In this document: in pieces, positions 27,012-36,344 of the stretch | Layout: the number at the start of each line of letters is the position of its first letter | Numbering within the stretch: position 1 is the first letter of the stretch | Assembly (NCBI GenBank): GCA_027622595.1 | Contig: JAQBZZ010000003.1 | Coordinates: 6,014-70,013, forward strand | Direction of reading: 5' to 3' | DNA from: Chloroflexota bacterium | GTDB taxonomy: Bacteria; Chloroflexota; Dehalococcoidia; Lucifugimonadales; UBA2985 | DNA length: 64,000 nucleotides | Notes under the pieces: generated by a model | What the model saw: only the letters and a program-made list of their open reading frames with translations | What the model was told of the DNA's origin: nothing | Databases searched by the model: none | Translations under genes and position numbers: made by a program

Positions 27012-29821
27012 GGCTTGTCTGCTATCCATTGCTCCACGGCATGTGACAGGTTTCGAAGCGGGCCTTTCACCACCGTGCATTTTGGCAGGGATTCAAGGAA
27101 CACCGGGCCGTATGGCCTTGATAGGATGCGTTGGTCAAGCACAACCACTACCCCTCTGTCATCCTCGCCGCGGATGAGCCGGCCAAACCCCTGCCGGAAG
27201 CGCAGCACCGATTGTGGCACGGCGAACTGGTTGAACGGGTCTTCAAATAACTGGGAACGTGCGGCAAACACCGGGTCCGTGGGAACGTTGAACGGGAGAC
27301 GGGCCACCACCAGCACCTTCAACGCTCCTCCCGGGATGTCGACTCCTTCCCAGAAGCTGGACGTTCCAAGCAGCACCGAGTCCGGGTTCTGCATAAAGGA
27401 GTGCAGCAGGTTTCGTGGAGTGCCGTCCACTCCCTGGGCCAGCACCTTTATTCCCTGTCGCTCCAGCTCTTCCTTTATGCCGGTGCGGGTGGCCTGAAGG
27501 GCGGCGTGAGATGTGAACAGCCCCATGGTGCGGCCACCGGCAGCACGGGAAACGTCTATAATCGCCTGCTGCACCGCCTCCTGGTAGCTACGGCTGCTGG
27601 GCTCCGGCATATCTCTGGGCAGGCACAGCAGCACAGCCTTTGGATAATCGAAAGGGGAGTCAACCAGAAGCTCGTCCGTGTCCTCCAGCCCCAGCCGCTC
27701 GCTGATGTGGTTGAAGTTGCCCTGGGTGCTCAGAGTGGCACTGGTGAGGATTACCGATTCCTTCTGTGAAAACAGCCTTTCTTGAAGCAACTCTCCCACA
27801 TGCATCGGGGCGATGTCTAGGGTGATCTCACCGTCTCTGCCTTCCTGGGTCATCCAGTATATCTGGTCTTCATTCGGTTGAATGATGAATAGCCTTAGCT
27901 TTTCCCGGATGTCTTCGGCGGCGCTCAAGCACGAGGACATCTCCATAATCAGAGAATCGTACCCGGCCAGCTGTTCGTCTTCCAGTCCGGCGAGGGCCTG
28001 GAGCAGCTTTTCAAGGTTTCTGGCGATCTGGGACAGTCCCAGGTCGACGTTCTCCCAGGCCACCTCAACGTCCGACCATCCCGGCTGGACCCGGGAGTTT
28101 CTTGTCACGCTGAGAAGTAGGTGACGGGTGTCTCCCTCGTCGTGGTGGTTCCGCAGGAATATCGCCAGAGTGTTCCACAGTGTTCCTGTATGGTCCTTGG
28201 CATTGGGCAGCAGGGCTTCTCCGTCCTGAATCAATGGCTCCACCACACCTGCCCGCGCCGCCGCCAGAAGCTGGCCCATGAATGCCCTCATCTCTCTGTA
28301 GACGCCGCGGCTTCCCTCCAGCCTTTCCTGGTACTCCTCCGTCGCGCCCTGGGACAGCCTGGAACCGAACTGGCTGGTGGCCTCCTCTTCCAGGTGATGT
28401 GCCTCATCTATGACAAGGTAATCGTAGCTGGGTATGATGCCTCCGCCCTCCGCCAGGTCCCGCATCAGAAGGGCGTGGTTGACCACGACCAGGTTGGCGG
28501 CATCGGCCTGCTCACGTGCTGATCTCAGGAAACAGGACTCACGTACCCGCGGCGGACATTCGACTGCGCCAGCCGCCGACATGCGGCTCCACAGAGGCAT
28601 ATCGCGATGGGCCATGTTCATCTCCGCCCGGTCGCCGCTGACGGTATCCTGAAGCCAGACCGTGACCTTTGAGGCAACGCGGGCCTCCTCTGAAGAAAGG
28701 GTCTCCTCCCTCATCAGCTGTCTCCATCGTCGGAGGCACAGGTAGTTATCGCGGCCCTTCAGAAGCGAGAAGCGGACACCTGCGAAGTCGGGCGACCACT
28801 CCTCCAGTGCGCGTGACAGGGTTGGGAGGTCCTTGGCGATGAGCTGTTCCTGAAGGTTGATTGTGTTGGTGGATACTACCACTCGTGTATTGTTCTCGAG
28901 TGCGAAGAGCAACGCCGGCATCAGGTAGGCCATCGACTTACCGACCCCCGTTCCTCCCTCTACCACCAGCGTGCTTTTACTGTCCATCGCCTTGGCGACG
29001 GCCTTGGCCATCTCCGTCTGCTGTGGCCGATAGTGGTAGCCCTCTAAGACTTGGGCCAGTGGCCCGCCGTCACGGAAGAAATCGACCACCGCTTCCTGGT
29101 TCAAAGGGTGGTGTTCCGTCTGTAATCGAGGGGCGGAAGGGGACTCCATGCGCTTTCCCAGAGCCTCCATGTCCAGCCCAAGAAGGCCTGTGGACACCGG
29201 CCTGAGTTCCGTCTCCCCGCTCTTGGTTGCCTGCAAACGAAGGAACAGAGTGGACAGATGTCCCTTCGCCCGGGCATATAGACGGCTCAACTCGGACAGC
29301 AGCCCCTCGTCCAGTTCCATCGCCACATTCGTCAGAGCGTGAAAGACCTGCCCAGTGACCGCGGCGTCCTCCAGCGCCCTGTGAAGGCGGGGATGTTCTA
29401 TGCCAAGCGATGCTGCCAGCGGCAGAAGGGAGTATTCACGCAGACGCGGCAGGAGCACGGCTGCCATCTCCCGCGTATCGTAGACGAGGTTGGTCATGTT
29501 CAGGCCATTCTTTGCCAGGAACCCCAGGTCAAAGTCTATGTTCTGCCCGACTATGGGGTGATTGCCGATGAACGACTCCAATTGGGGTGCCACAGTGGCA
29601 AAGGGGGAGCCTGCATCAACCTCCGCCTGGGTAATACCGGTCAGCTCCTTGATAAACTGGGACAGGACTTTGTAAGGGTTAACCAGGGCCTGAAAGGTGT
29701 CTATGGTGCGGTTGCCCTGAAACTTGACCGCACCCACCTCGATAATCTCGTCGGTCCTGTTATCGAGACCCGTTGTCTCCAGGTCAAGGGCTACGCATAT
29801 TTCATCACTTGTAAATGTCAA
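27008..29821 (-). CDS. dinG: DinG-family ATP-dependent helicase with N-terminal DnaQ-like 3'-5' exonuclease domain
   Basis: The N-terminal VALDLETTGL...EIIEVGAVKF is DEDD exonuclease-like. Helicase motifs VVEGGTGVGKSMAYL and VIDEAHHLEE. Confidence 0.9.
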   Translation of the reverse strand: MTFTSDEICVALDLETTGLDNRTDEIIEVGAVKFQGNRTIDTFQALVNPYKVLSQFIKELTGITQAEVDAGSPFATVAPQLESFIGNHPIVGQNIDFDLGFLAKNGLNMTNLVYDTREMAAVLLPRLREYSLLPLAASLGIEHPRLHRALEDAAVTGQVFHALTNVAMELDEGLLSELSRLYARAKGHLSTLFLRLQATKSGETELRPVSTGLLGLDMEALGKRMESPSAPRLQTEHHPLNQEAVVDFFRDGGPLAQVLEGYHYRPQQTEMAKAVAKAMDSKSTLVVEGGTGVGKSMAYLMPALLFALENNTRVVVSTNTINLQEQLIAKDLPTLSRALEEWSPDFAGVRFSLLKGRDNYLCLRRWRQLMREETLSSEEARVASKVTVWLQDTVSGDRAEMNMAHRDMPLWSRMSAAGAVECPPRVRESCFLRSAREQADAANLVVVNHALLMRDLAEGGGIIPSYDYLVIDEAHHLEEEATSQFGSRLSQGATEEYQERLEGSRGVYREMRAFMGQLLAAARAGVVEPLIQDGEALLPNAKDHTGTLWNTLAIFLRNHHDEGDTRHLLLSVTRNSRVQPGWSDVEVAWENVDLGLSQIARNLEKLLQALAGLEDEQLAGYDSLIMEMSSCLSAAEDIREKLRLFIIQPNEDQIYWMTQEGRDGEITLDIAPMHVGELLQERLFSQKESVILTSATLSTQGNFNHISERLGLEDTDELLVDSPFDYPKAVLLCLPRDMPEPSSRSYQEAVQQAIIDVSRAAGGRTMGLFTSHAALQATRTGIKEELERQGIKVLAQGVDGTPRNLLHSFMQNPDSVLLGTSSFWEGVDIPGGALKVLVVARLPFNVPTDPVFAARSQLFEDPFNQFAVPQSVLRFRQGFGRLIRGEDDRGVVVVLDQRILSRPYGPVFLESLPKCTVVKGPLRNLSHAVEQWIADKP

Positions 29822-29885
29822 ATTGCTGGTCCTTACATCCTAATGTCTGAGTCAAAGATTCGCTGCATAATGCGAGGTTTGCATT

Positions 29886-29990
29886 GTCATGCTGAACCCT
29901 TCGGCTCTGCTCAGGGTAAACTCCGTGAAGCATCTGGCGGGGAGGTATTTCCCCCCACCCCAGATTCTTCGCTAACGCTCAGAATGACAT
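29886..29990. repeat. 105-bp palindromic repeat element (GTCATGCTGAAC...CCACCCCAGATTCTTCGCTAACGCTCAGAATGACAT)
   Basis: Same family as 25881-25995. Directly abuts the IS3 remnant. Confidence 0.65.
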
Positions 29991-29993
29991 AGC

Positions 29994-30728
29994 TGCTAAC
30001 CTCACGGACACCACACCAGTATACGGAGAACCGAGACCAAAAGAGAAGCGAGAGAGCGCGGAGTTAGTGGTGGCCTTGAATCTCCTCTTCTGCTTGCACC
30101 GTATGCCCAGCTTCTTCCGGATACGCTTGATGCGCCAGATTCCCACCCGGACGCCGTGCTCAGACAGGTCTCGCTGTAGCCGTTCCGGGCCATAGGTCTG
30201 CCTTGTCCGATTGTGGGCCACCATGATCTCAAGCTCCAGCCTCACTTCCTCCTGTGCTCGCCTGGACGGCGGACGGTCCACCCAGGCATAGTAACCACTA
30301 TCCGATACCTTCAATATCCGGCTCAGAAGACATTTGGGGTAATCGAGCCGCAATTCCTTCATCATCGCGTACCGGGCAGCGACTCCCCGGCAAAGTACGC
30401 GGCTGCTTTTTTAGTATGTCTCGCTCCATCCTCACCTCCGCCAATTCCTTCTTCGTCCGAGCAAGGTCCATCTCAATTTCGGTCAAGGGCCTGTAAGTCT
30501 TACCGACATCTCCCAGTTTGCCAGACCTATGTGCCTTCACCCAGTACCCTAATGTCGATGGCGGCAACAACAGCCTGCGGCCTGCCTCTGGCAATGATAG
30601 CTTCTCTTCTGCTATCAGCCTCACCGCTTCCTCCCGGAACTCTCTGGTATACCTTCCTCGTGGAACCCCTTTCATGCTGACACCTCCGTCGTATTATCCT
30701 ACTCCGATTTTGGTGTCCATTTTTCCCA
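29994..30728 (-). mobile_element. decayed IS3-family insertion sequence remnant (orfA plus N-terminal orfB only, no DDE domain)
   Basis: The orfA-like ORF 30298-30675 (HTH, ...MERDILKK) has an A6G slippery run at 30406-30412. orfB' 29979-30365 (YGPERLQRDLSEHGVRVGIWRIKRIRKKLGIRCKQKRRFKATTNS) stops before any rve/DDE region. Putative ends TGGGAAAAATGGACACCA (30728 inward) and TGCTAACCTCACGGACACCA (29994 inward). Confidence 0.7.
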
Positions 30729-30782
30729 TCCTACCTCAGAGGATAAGCTGGAATCCAAGAATAATTCGTAATAAATGGTTCA

Positions 30783-30811
30783 TTGACAATCGGTGATACG
30801 GGCATTAACCT
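30783..30811 (+). promoter_or_regulatory. possible promoter TTGACA-17-TAACCT
   Basis: -35 at 30783-30788 and -10 at 30806-30811, upstream of the zinc-ribbon gene. Confidence 0.35.
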
Positions 30812-30841
30812 GCCACCTACTGGCCAGACCAACTAGTTTCA

Positions 30842-30873
30842 GGCCACTTAGTTTTTGGCCACTTAGTTTTTGG
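30842..30873. repeat. 15-bp perfect tandem repeat GGCCACTTAGTTTTT x2 (plus a degenerate third copy upstream)
   Basis: Copies at 30842-30856 and 30857-30871. Lies in the putative 5' UTR of 30888-31343. Confidence 0.8.
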
Positions 30874-30887
30874 AACGAAGGAAAACA

Positions 30888-31343
30888 ATGGTAAAAAGTA
30901 ATGAGATGAACTGTCCCAGATGTCATGGGGCGCTGTCGGTTGAGAAGTACAAAGGGATCGAAGTGGACCGGTGCTCAAGCTGCAAGGGGATGTGGTTGGA
31001 ATACCATGAGCTTGACCAGCTTGAGGATAAGGAAATGGACGATGACGACGCGAATGGCATGGTCATGTTCCGTTCTTATGTGGGAGACCTTCACTGTCCC
31101 ACCTGTCAGAGTGGGATGCAGATGTTCCACTATCGGGCATACGAGTTGGAGTTGGACTTTTGCCCGAATGAGCACGGGTTCTGGCTGGACAGCGACGAGG
31201 AGAAGCGCGTGCTGGAGATAATGAAGCAGCGTGTCAAAGACATAAAACGCTCCTCCAATGCCGAGGTGGAGTGGGCGGGTATGTTGAAACGCTTCAAGTC
31301 AAAATCCTTCGTCGATAACATGAAGGGTATGTTCCGCCGCTAG
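30888..31343 (+). CDS. TFIIB-type zinc-ribbon domain protein (two zf-TFIIB-like repeats)
   Basis: CPRCHGAL...VDRCSSCKGMWLEYHELDQL and CPTCQSGM...LDFCPNEHGFWLDSDE. AAGGA lies 7 nt before ATG 30888. Confidence 0.75.
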   Translation: MVKSNEMNCPRCHGALSVEKYKGIEVDRCSSCKGMWLEYHELDQLEDKEMDDDDANGMVMFRSYVGDLHCPTCQSGMQMFHYRAYELELDFCPNEHGFWLDSDEEKRVLEIMKQRVKDIKRSSNAEVEWAGMLKRFKSKSFVDNMKGMFRR

Positions 31344-31531
31344 GTTTTTTTCACTGGTATTTCAACTCCAAGGTTTTCTCCGGCGCACGACTTCTTCTTT
31401 ACCTGCGTTACTACCCTCACGGCCTCCTGAGTTTTGGGGTACAATGCACGAGCTTCCTTGGTATTCATTTTGAAGCATTCTTACTGGTAACCTTTACTTT
31501 GGAAATATCCCGGTAGGAGAGAATTACTCCC

Positions 31532-33232
31532 ATGCGCATGACCAGTATTTTCGGCAAGACCCTGCGGGAAGAGCCTGCGGAAGCGGAGACGGCCAGCCAT
31601 CGCTTGTTGTTGAAGTCGGGGATGATAAGACAGGTGGCCTCCGGCATCTACAGCTATCTCCCTCTGGCGTGGCGGTCTTTGAGGAAGATAGAAAACATAA
31701 TCCGCCAGGAGATGGACGCCGTGGGAGGGCAGGAGGTGAGGATGCCTGCGCTGCATCCCAGGGAGCTGTGGGATGAGACTGGCAGAGCCGAGGCTATGGG
31801 CCAGACGTTGTTCACGCTGCAAGACCGTCGTGAGAGACCTCTAGTGATGGCCCCCACCCATGAAGAGGTGTTTACACTCATGGTGAAGGCCAACGTACAC
31901 AGCTATCGCGACCTGCCCCGTATCCTCTATCAGATTCAGACCAAGTTCCGCGACGAGGCCCGGCCCAGGGGAGGGCTGCTCAGGGTGCGTGAGTTCGATA
32001 TGAAGGATGCGTACAGCTTCGATGTCGACGCGGAAGGGTTGGCGCGAAGCTACGATGCGATGGTGCAGGTGTACAAGAACATCTACAGCCGCTGCGGTTT
32101 GCCCGCGGTGCAGGCGGAGGCCGATAGTGGGGCCATCGGTGGCAAAGACTCTCATGAGTTCATCCTACCTGCGGAGAGCGGAGAGGACGTGCTGCTGCTC
32201 TGTCCCGGCTGTGGCTACGCCGCCAACGCCGAGCGCGCCGAGAGCGTGAAATCCGTCCAGGCCGAGGAAGCTCTGCTCCCCATGAGCGAGGTTCATACCC
32301 CCGGGGTCAAGACCATTGATGACGTGGCGGCGTTCCTCGGGGTTTCCAAGAGCAATACGCTGAAGGCCGTCTTTTATGCCTGTGATGGGCAGGTTGTCTT
32401 CATCACCATACGGGGCGACCTGGATGTGAACGAGATCAAGCTCAAGAACCTCCTCCATTGCAAGGAGCTTCGGCTGGCGACGGATGGGGAGGTGGAGGGA
32501 GCCGGGCTAGTGGCCGGTTCGGCCTCTGCGGTAGGCCTGAAAGGTATTAGAAGCGTCGCCGACGACTCCATAAAGCTGGGGGCCAATTTCGTCGTGGGCG
32601 CAAATCGGCCGGACTATCACCTGCTCGGTGCCAATTACCCAAGAGACTTTGAACCGGACGTGATCGCGGACATCGCCCTTGCCCAGGAGGGCCACGACTG
32701 CCGCCGGTGCGGCACGCCGCTGGAGGCCAAGCGCGGCATAGAGGTTGGCCATGTGTTCAAGCTGGGCACCTTCTTCAGTGAAAGTCTTGGTGCTAGCTAC
32801 CTAGATAACGATGGAGCACAGCAGCCGATAGTCATGGGAAGCTATGGGATAGGTGTCGGGCGGTTGCTTTCCGCCGCCATAGAGCAGAACCACGATCAAA
32901 AAGGCATTGTTTTCCCAAAGGCCATAGCTCCGTACCAGGTGCAACTGGTGGCCCTGAACGTGGAGAACCCCCAGGTGGCCGAGGCCGCCGAAGACTTGTA
33001 CCAGCGTCTGGAACAGGCAGGTCTGGAGGTGTTGTATGACGATCGTTCGGAGACGGCCGGTGTGAAATTCAACGACGCCGATCTTTTGGGCTTCCCGGTC
33101 CGAATAGTGGTAAGCCCGCGGAACCTGAATCAGGGCAGCGCTGAGGTCAAACTGCGCAGGGAGAGCGAGGCGCAGCTTGTCGGCCTTGAAGATGTGGTGG
33201 GGAAGGCGAAGGAGCTGCTGGAGGCTGACTGA
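31532..33232 (+). CDS. proS: prolyl-tRNA synthetase (bacterial type with editing insertion)
   Basis: The N-terminal SHRLLLKSGMIRQVASGIYSYLPLAWR and the class II motifs (FRDE, GGKDSHEF, GSYGIGVGR). Confidence 0.92.
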   Translation: MRMTSIFGKTLREEPAEAETASHRLLLKSGMIRQVASGIYSYLPLAWRSLRKIENIIRQEMDAVGGQEVRMPALHPRELWDETGRAEAMGQTLFTLQDRRERPLVMAPTHEEVFTLMVKANVHSYRDLPRILYQIQTKFRDEARPRGGLLRVREFDMKDAYSFDVDAEGLARSYDAMVQVYKNIYSRCGLPAVQAEADSGAIGGKDSHEFILPAESGEDVLLLCPGCGYAANAERAESVKSVQAEEALLPMSEVHTPGVKTIDDVAAFLGVSKSNTLKAVFYACDGQVVFITIRGDLDVNEIKLKNLLHCKELRLATDGEVEGAGLVAGSASAVGLKGIRSVADDSIKLGANFVVGANRPDYHLLGANYPRDFEPDVIADIALAQEGHDCRRCGTPLEAKRGIEVGHVFKLGTFFSESLGASYLDNDGAQQPIVMGSYGIGVGRLLSAAIEQNHDQKGIVFPKAIAPYQVQLVALNVENPQVAEAAEDLYQRLEQAGLEVLYDDRSETAGVKFNDADLLGFPVRIVVSPRNLNQGSAEVKLRRESEAQLVGLEDVVGKAKELLEAD

Positions 33233-33249
33233 ACCACTGCGCGTAGTCC

Positions 33250-33440
33250 GACAGGCTCACCATGACCCTTCGACAGGCTCAGGACAGGCTCAGCACCCAC
33301 AATTAGCCGCTGTTGCAACGGTCTGATGAGCGGCGGGAAAGCCCCGCTCATTTCCTCCGATAGGCTCAGCACAAGCGGTAAGCGACCATGTCAATCGTGG
33401 TTCTTAGAGTATGCTCAGGGTGAATTCCGCATCGCTCGGA
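33250..33440. repeat. cluster of short GC-rich repeats (GAYAGGCTCA x4, CTCAGGGTGAA unit) downstream of proS
   Basis: GACAGGCTCA at 33250, 33272 and 33283, and GATAGGCTCA at 33359. The CCTTCGACAGGCTCAGG unit resembles 14692-14710. Confidence 0.55.
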
Positions 33441-33535
33441 GTGATATTGCCTCCTGCGCCTACAGGAAAGCATACGCAGAGCACCTCGTTGGTCTCAGGG
33501 CATACCAGCCAAATGTCAAAATGCCTCAGCGTGTG

Positions 33536-33796
33536 TTAGCTGTTGGCGACGCCCTTGCCGGTGAGATAAGTGATGGCGTCTTGTACCCGTAATAGCGTCT
33601 CAGCGTCCTCGTCGGAAATCTCTATCGGGTTATCGTCGGTGCTGAATTCGTCCTGAAAGGCCAGGATTAAGTCTACCAAATCCAGTGAATCGGCCTCCAG
33701 GTCTTTGGTAAAGGACGCCTCTGGTGTCACGGCTGACTCTTCCACGCCCAGCCTCTCTGCTACAATCTTCTGTACTCGTTCTAGAACTGTTGCCAA
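33536..33796 (-). CDS. acpP: acyl carrier protein
   Basis: [20 protein letters not shown] (phosphopantetheine Ser in DSLD). Confidence 0.9.
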   Translation of the reverse strand: MATVLERVQKIVAERLGVEESAVTPEASFTKDLEADSLDLVDLILAFQDEFSTDDNPIEISDEDAETLLRVQDAITYLTGKGVANS

Positions 33797-33836
33797 CCGG
33801 AACCTCCTGTGAGTTTTGATATGTTTCCCAATTGAA

Positions 33837-34271
33837 CTACCTGGTCGAAAGCTTTTCTGCTTCTACCACGGATCCCAATACCCCATTGATGAACTTGAAT
33901 GAATTATCGCTGCCGAAAAGTTTAGCCAACTCCACCGTCTCGTTAATGACCACCTTGGGCGGGGATGCCTTATCCACAGTTAGCTCGTAGATGGCCAGTC
34001 TCAGCAGGCTGCGGTCTACTATCGATAGCTGAGATATTGGCCAGGATGGAGCGAACGTGGCGATTGTACCGTCTATGAAGGCCATGTTGTCCAACACCCC
34101 GTCCACCAGGTTACGTGCAAAGGCGGCAGCATCTTTGGGAAGCCGCTTCCCATCTAAATAGCGGCTGCTGACCACGTCAGATGGGTGATCCACGCTGTCC
34201 ACTTCATACAGGACTCGCAAAGCCACGGTTCTTGCCTTGCGCCTTGCCGTAACAAATTTGTCCTCCACCAT
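33837..34271 (-). CDS. nusB: transcription antitermination factor NusB
   Basis: 144 aa with [16 protein letters not shown] and a helical NusB-like pattern (LLRLAIYEL). Confidence 0.85.
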   Translation of the reverse strand: MVEDKFVTARRKARTVALRVLYEVDSVDHPSDVVSSRYLDGKRLPKDAAAFARNLVDGVLDNMAFIDGTIATFAPSWPISQLSIVDRSLLRLAIYELTVDKASPPKVVINETVELAKLFGSDNSFKFINGVLGSVVEAEKLSTR

Positions 34272-34387
34272 CTACTTAAACCCCCGCGATGACATTATTC
34301 TCTTGTTAAAGGACTCTCTTACTGAAGACCACTTCAGAGGTTCACTCTAAAGACCTATACGCTGTTTGAGCCGTTTTCTAAGTGGCA

Positions 34388-35356
34388 CTAAGTAGCCAGA
34401 AGCTGAATACTCTCCGGGTCACTAACATTGGTTATCTCTGCATCTGCACTGATGCGCTTGACCATGCCACTGAGCACCTTACCTGGACCAATCTCGTAGA
34501 AAGTGGTTATCCCTGACTTCGTCATGTATTCCACCGAGTCTTTCCACTTGACGCAGGTGCAGAGACCGGAGGTAAGCTCGTGTTTTATATCCTCGACTGT
34601 GGTCAAGGGTAGACCTGTGCAGTTTGCGACGATTGGGATGGATGGTTCCTTGAAGGTGAGGCTATCCACAATCTTGGCGAGTCCTTCTTGGGCGGGCTCC
34701 ATGAGCCTGGAATGAAAGGCCCCGGCCACCACAAGGGAAACTGTCCTTCTGGCACCCCTGGCATTGGCCAGTTCCATGGCCCTATCCACGTCGGCTTTGT
34801 CCCCGCTTATAACTGTTTGGTCCTGGGTGTTGATGTTGGATATTTCGGTGTTGGTTTCCCGACAGATTTCCTCCAGTGCAGCGTTCTCCATGCCCATTAT
34901 GGCGGCCATGCCGCCCTCTCTCAGGTCGGCGGCATACTGCATCAACCGACCTCGCTCTCTCACCAGACGTGCCGCGTCCGCGATGCTCAGGACTCCGGCA
35001 GCCACAAGGGCGGTGTACTCTCCGAGGCTATGCCCTGCCACCAAGGCTGCTTTGGGCATTCGATCCTGCCCAAGGGCCTCTTCCAGGGCTTTGAGGCAGG
35101 CCAGACTAACCGTCATAATGCCGGGCTGAGCGTTTATTGTCTTCCTCAGCTCATCCTCCGGCCCCTCGAAAAATATTTTGGAAAGAGGCGTCCCCAAAGC
35201 CTCATCCACTTCATCAAAGACGGCCTTTGCCGCCGGAGAGCTTTGATAAAGCTCCAAGCCCATTCCCACAGCTTGGGAACCCTGCCCTGGAAACAAAAAG
35301 GCTATCCGGGAAGCTGGGGAAGCTGGATTTATGGCGTTGGAACTAGCGCTCACCAT
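34388..35356 (-). CDS. fabD: malonyl-CoA:ACP transacylase
   Basis: FLFPGQGSQ, GHSLGEY and AGAFHS. Confidence 0.92.
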   Translation of the reverse strand: MVSASSNAINPASPASRIAFLFPGQGSQAVGMGLELYQSSPAAKAVFDEVDEALGTPLSKIFFEGPEDELRKTINAQPGIMTVSLACLKALEEALGQDRMPKAALVAGHSLGEYTALVAAGVLSIADAARLVRERGRLMQYAADLREGGMAAIMGMENAALEEICRETNTEISNINTQDQTVISGDKADVDRAMELANARGARRTVSLVVAGAFHSRLMEPAQEGLAKIVDSLTFKEPSIPIVANCTGLPLTTVEDIKHELTSGLCTCVKWKDSVEYMTKSGITTFYEIGPGKVLSGMVKRISADAEITNVSDPESIQLLAT

Positions 35357-35412
35357 AGACTCCTGATTCGTTAACGACGATAGCTATTTCACGATATGTG
35401 CGCGAAAGGGGA

Positions 35413-35619
35413 CTAGCCGCGACTTGCCTGTCCCGTGGACTCTTCCTTGGCTATCACCTCACGGCCATTGTAGTATCCGCACACCGTGCATACCCGGTGT
35501 GGCCTCCTGGGGCTATGACACTGGGGGCAGGTGCTTAGCTGAGGCACATGGAGCTGATAGGAAGCCTGGCGTGAGCCTATCCGTGCTCTGGTACGTTTTT
35601 TCTTTGGTAGTGCTCCCAT
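35413..35619 (-). CDS. rpmF: 50S ribosomal protein L32
   Basis: MGALPKKKRTRARIGSR...CPQCHSPRRPHRVCTVCGYY. Confidence 0.9.
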   Translation of the reverse strand: MGALPKKKRTRARIGSRQASYQLHVPQLSTCPQCHSPRRPHRVCTVCGYYNGREVIAKEESTGQASRG

Positions 35620-35633
35620 AGGATTATCTCCTG

Positions 35634-36179
35634 TTATCCTTTCCCATTAGCTGTGAGAAGGTCTAGTAGTGGACTCCACTTGGAATCTGTGTATGTGGAA
35701 CAGTCACATGGATGGTTGTTTAGGTCGGCTCCGCAGGTGGAACATAGGCCGGCGCAGTTCTGATGGCATAGCGGCTTCATGGGGAGATTTACGATGACGT
35801 ATTGCCTTACGGCCTCGGTCAGGTCCAGGGTGTGTTGGGAATCCAGGGTAAAGGTGCCAGCCCTGACATCCAGGACATCAGGGCTTCCCTGCGTGCTAAC
35901 TGAGCCATCACCGTCGATTTCCACCGTCGCCAGATACTCCTCGTTCAGGCGGAAGCGCACCGGGTTTTCAGCGAGAGTCAGACAGCGAGCGCAAGTGATG
36001 GAGGCATTGGTTTCTACGGGACCGCTTACCCAGATACCCTTGTCTATGCCCGTAAGAGTTAGCTCTCCCCTGACCCTTGTGGTGCCAATCTCAGGCAAAG
36101 GCTCAAAGGTCTCATCTAGGGAATAGTTTCTACGTGCTCCAATGCCTTCCTTTAACAGTTGGGCCACATTAAACCGCAT
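35634..36179 (-). CDS. DUF177 / YceD-family protein
   Basis: 181 aa with CxxC...C pattern (CARCL, CHQNCAGLCSTCGADLN). Sits in the conserved position upstream of rpmF. Confidence 0.85.
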   Translation of the reverse strand: MRFNVAQLLKEGIGARRNYSLDETFEPLPEIGTTRVRGELTLTGIDKGIWVSGPVETNASITCARCLTLAENPVRFRLNEEYLATVEIDGDGSVSTQGSPDVLDVRAGTFTLDSQHTLDLTEAVRQYVIVNLPMKPLCHQNCAGLCSTCGADLNNHPCDCSTYTDSKWSPLLDLLTANGKG

Positions 36180-36344
36180 ATCATCTCCCCGGGCCGGATA
36201 TCAGCCCTCAACAGAGAGAGATTATAGTTGTAGCCTATCTTGGTGTCAAGGAGAATGAGGGTGTCTGCTAAGATTTTCACATACCATTGCAGGCCCTTCC
36301 GTACAGGTCATCCAAGACCCCCAACTAATCAACGACCTTTAAGT

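Noticed and set aside
31344-31531. T-box leader upstream of proS
   Set aside because: No T-box consensus (AANNNGGGTGGTACCGCG-like) or specifier-loop architecture is visible.
34688-35374. 228-aa plus-strand ORF
   Set aside because: Antisense to fabD.
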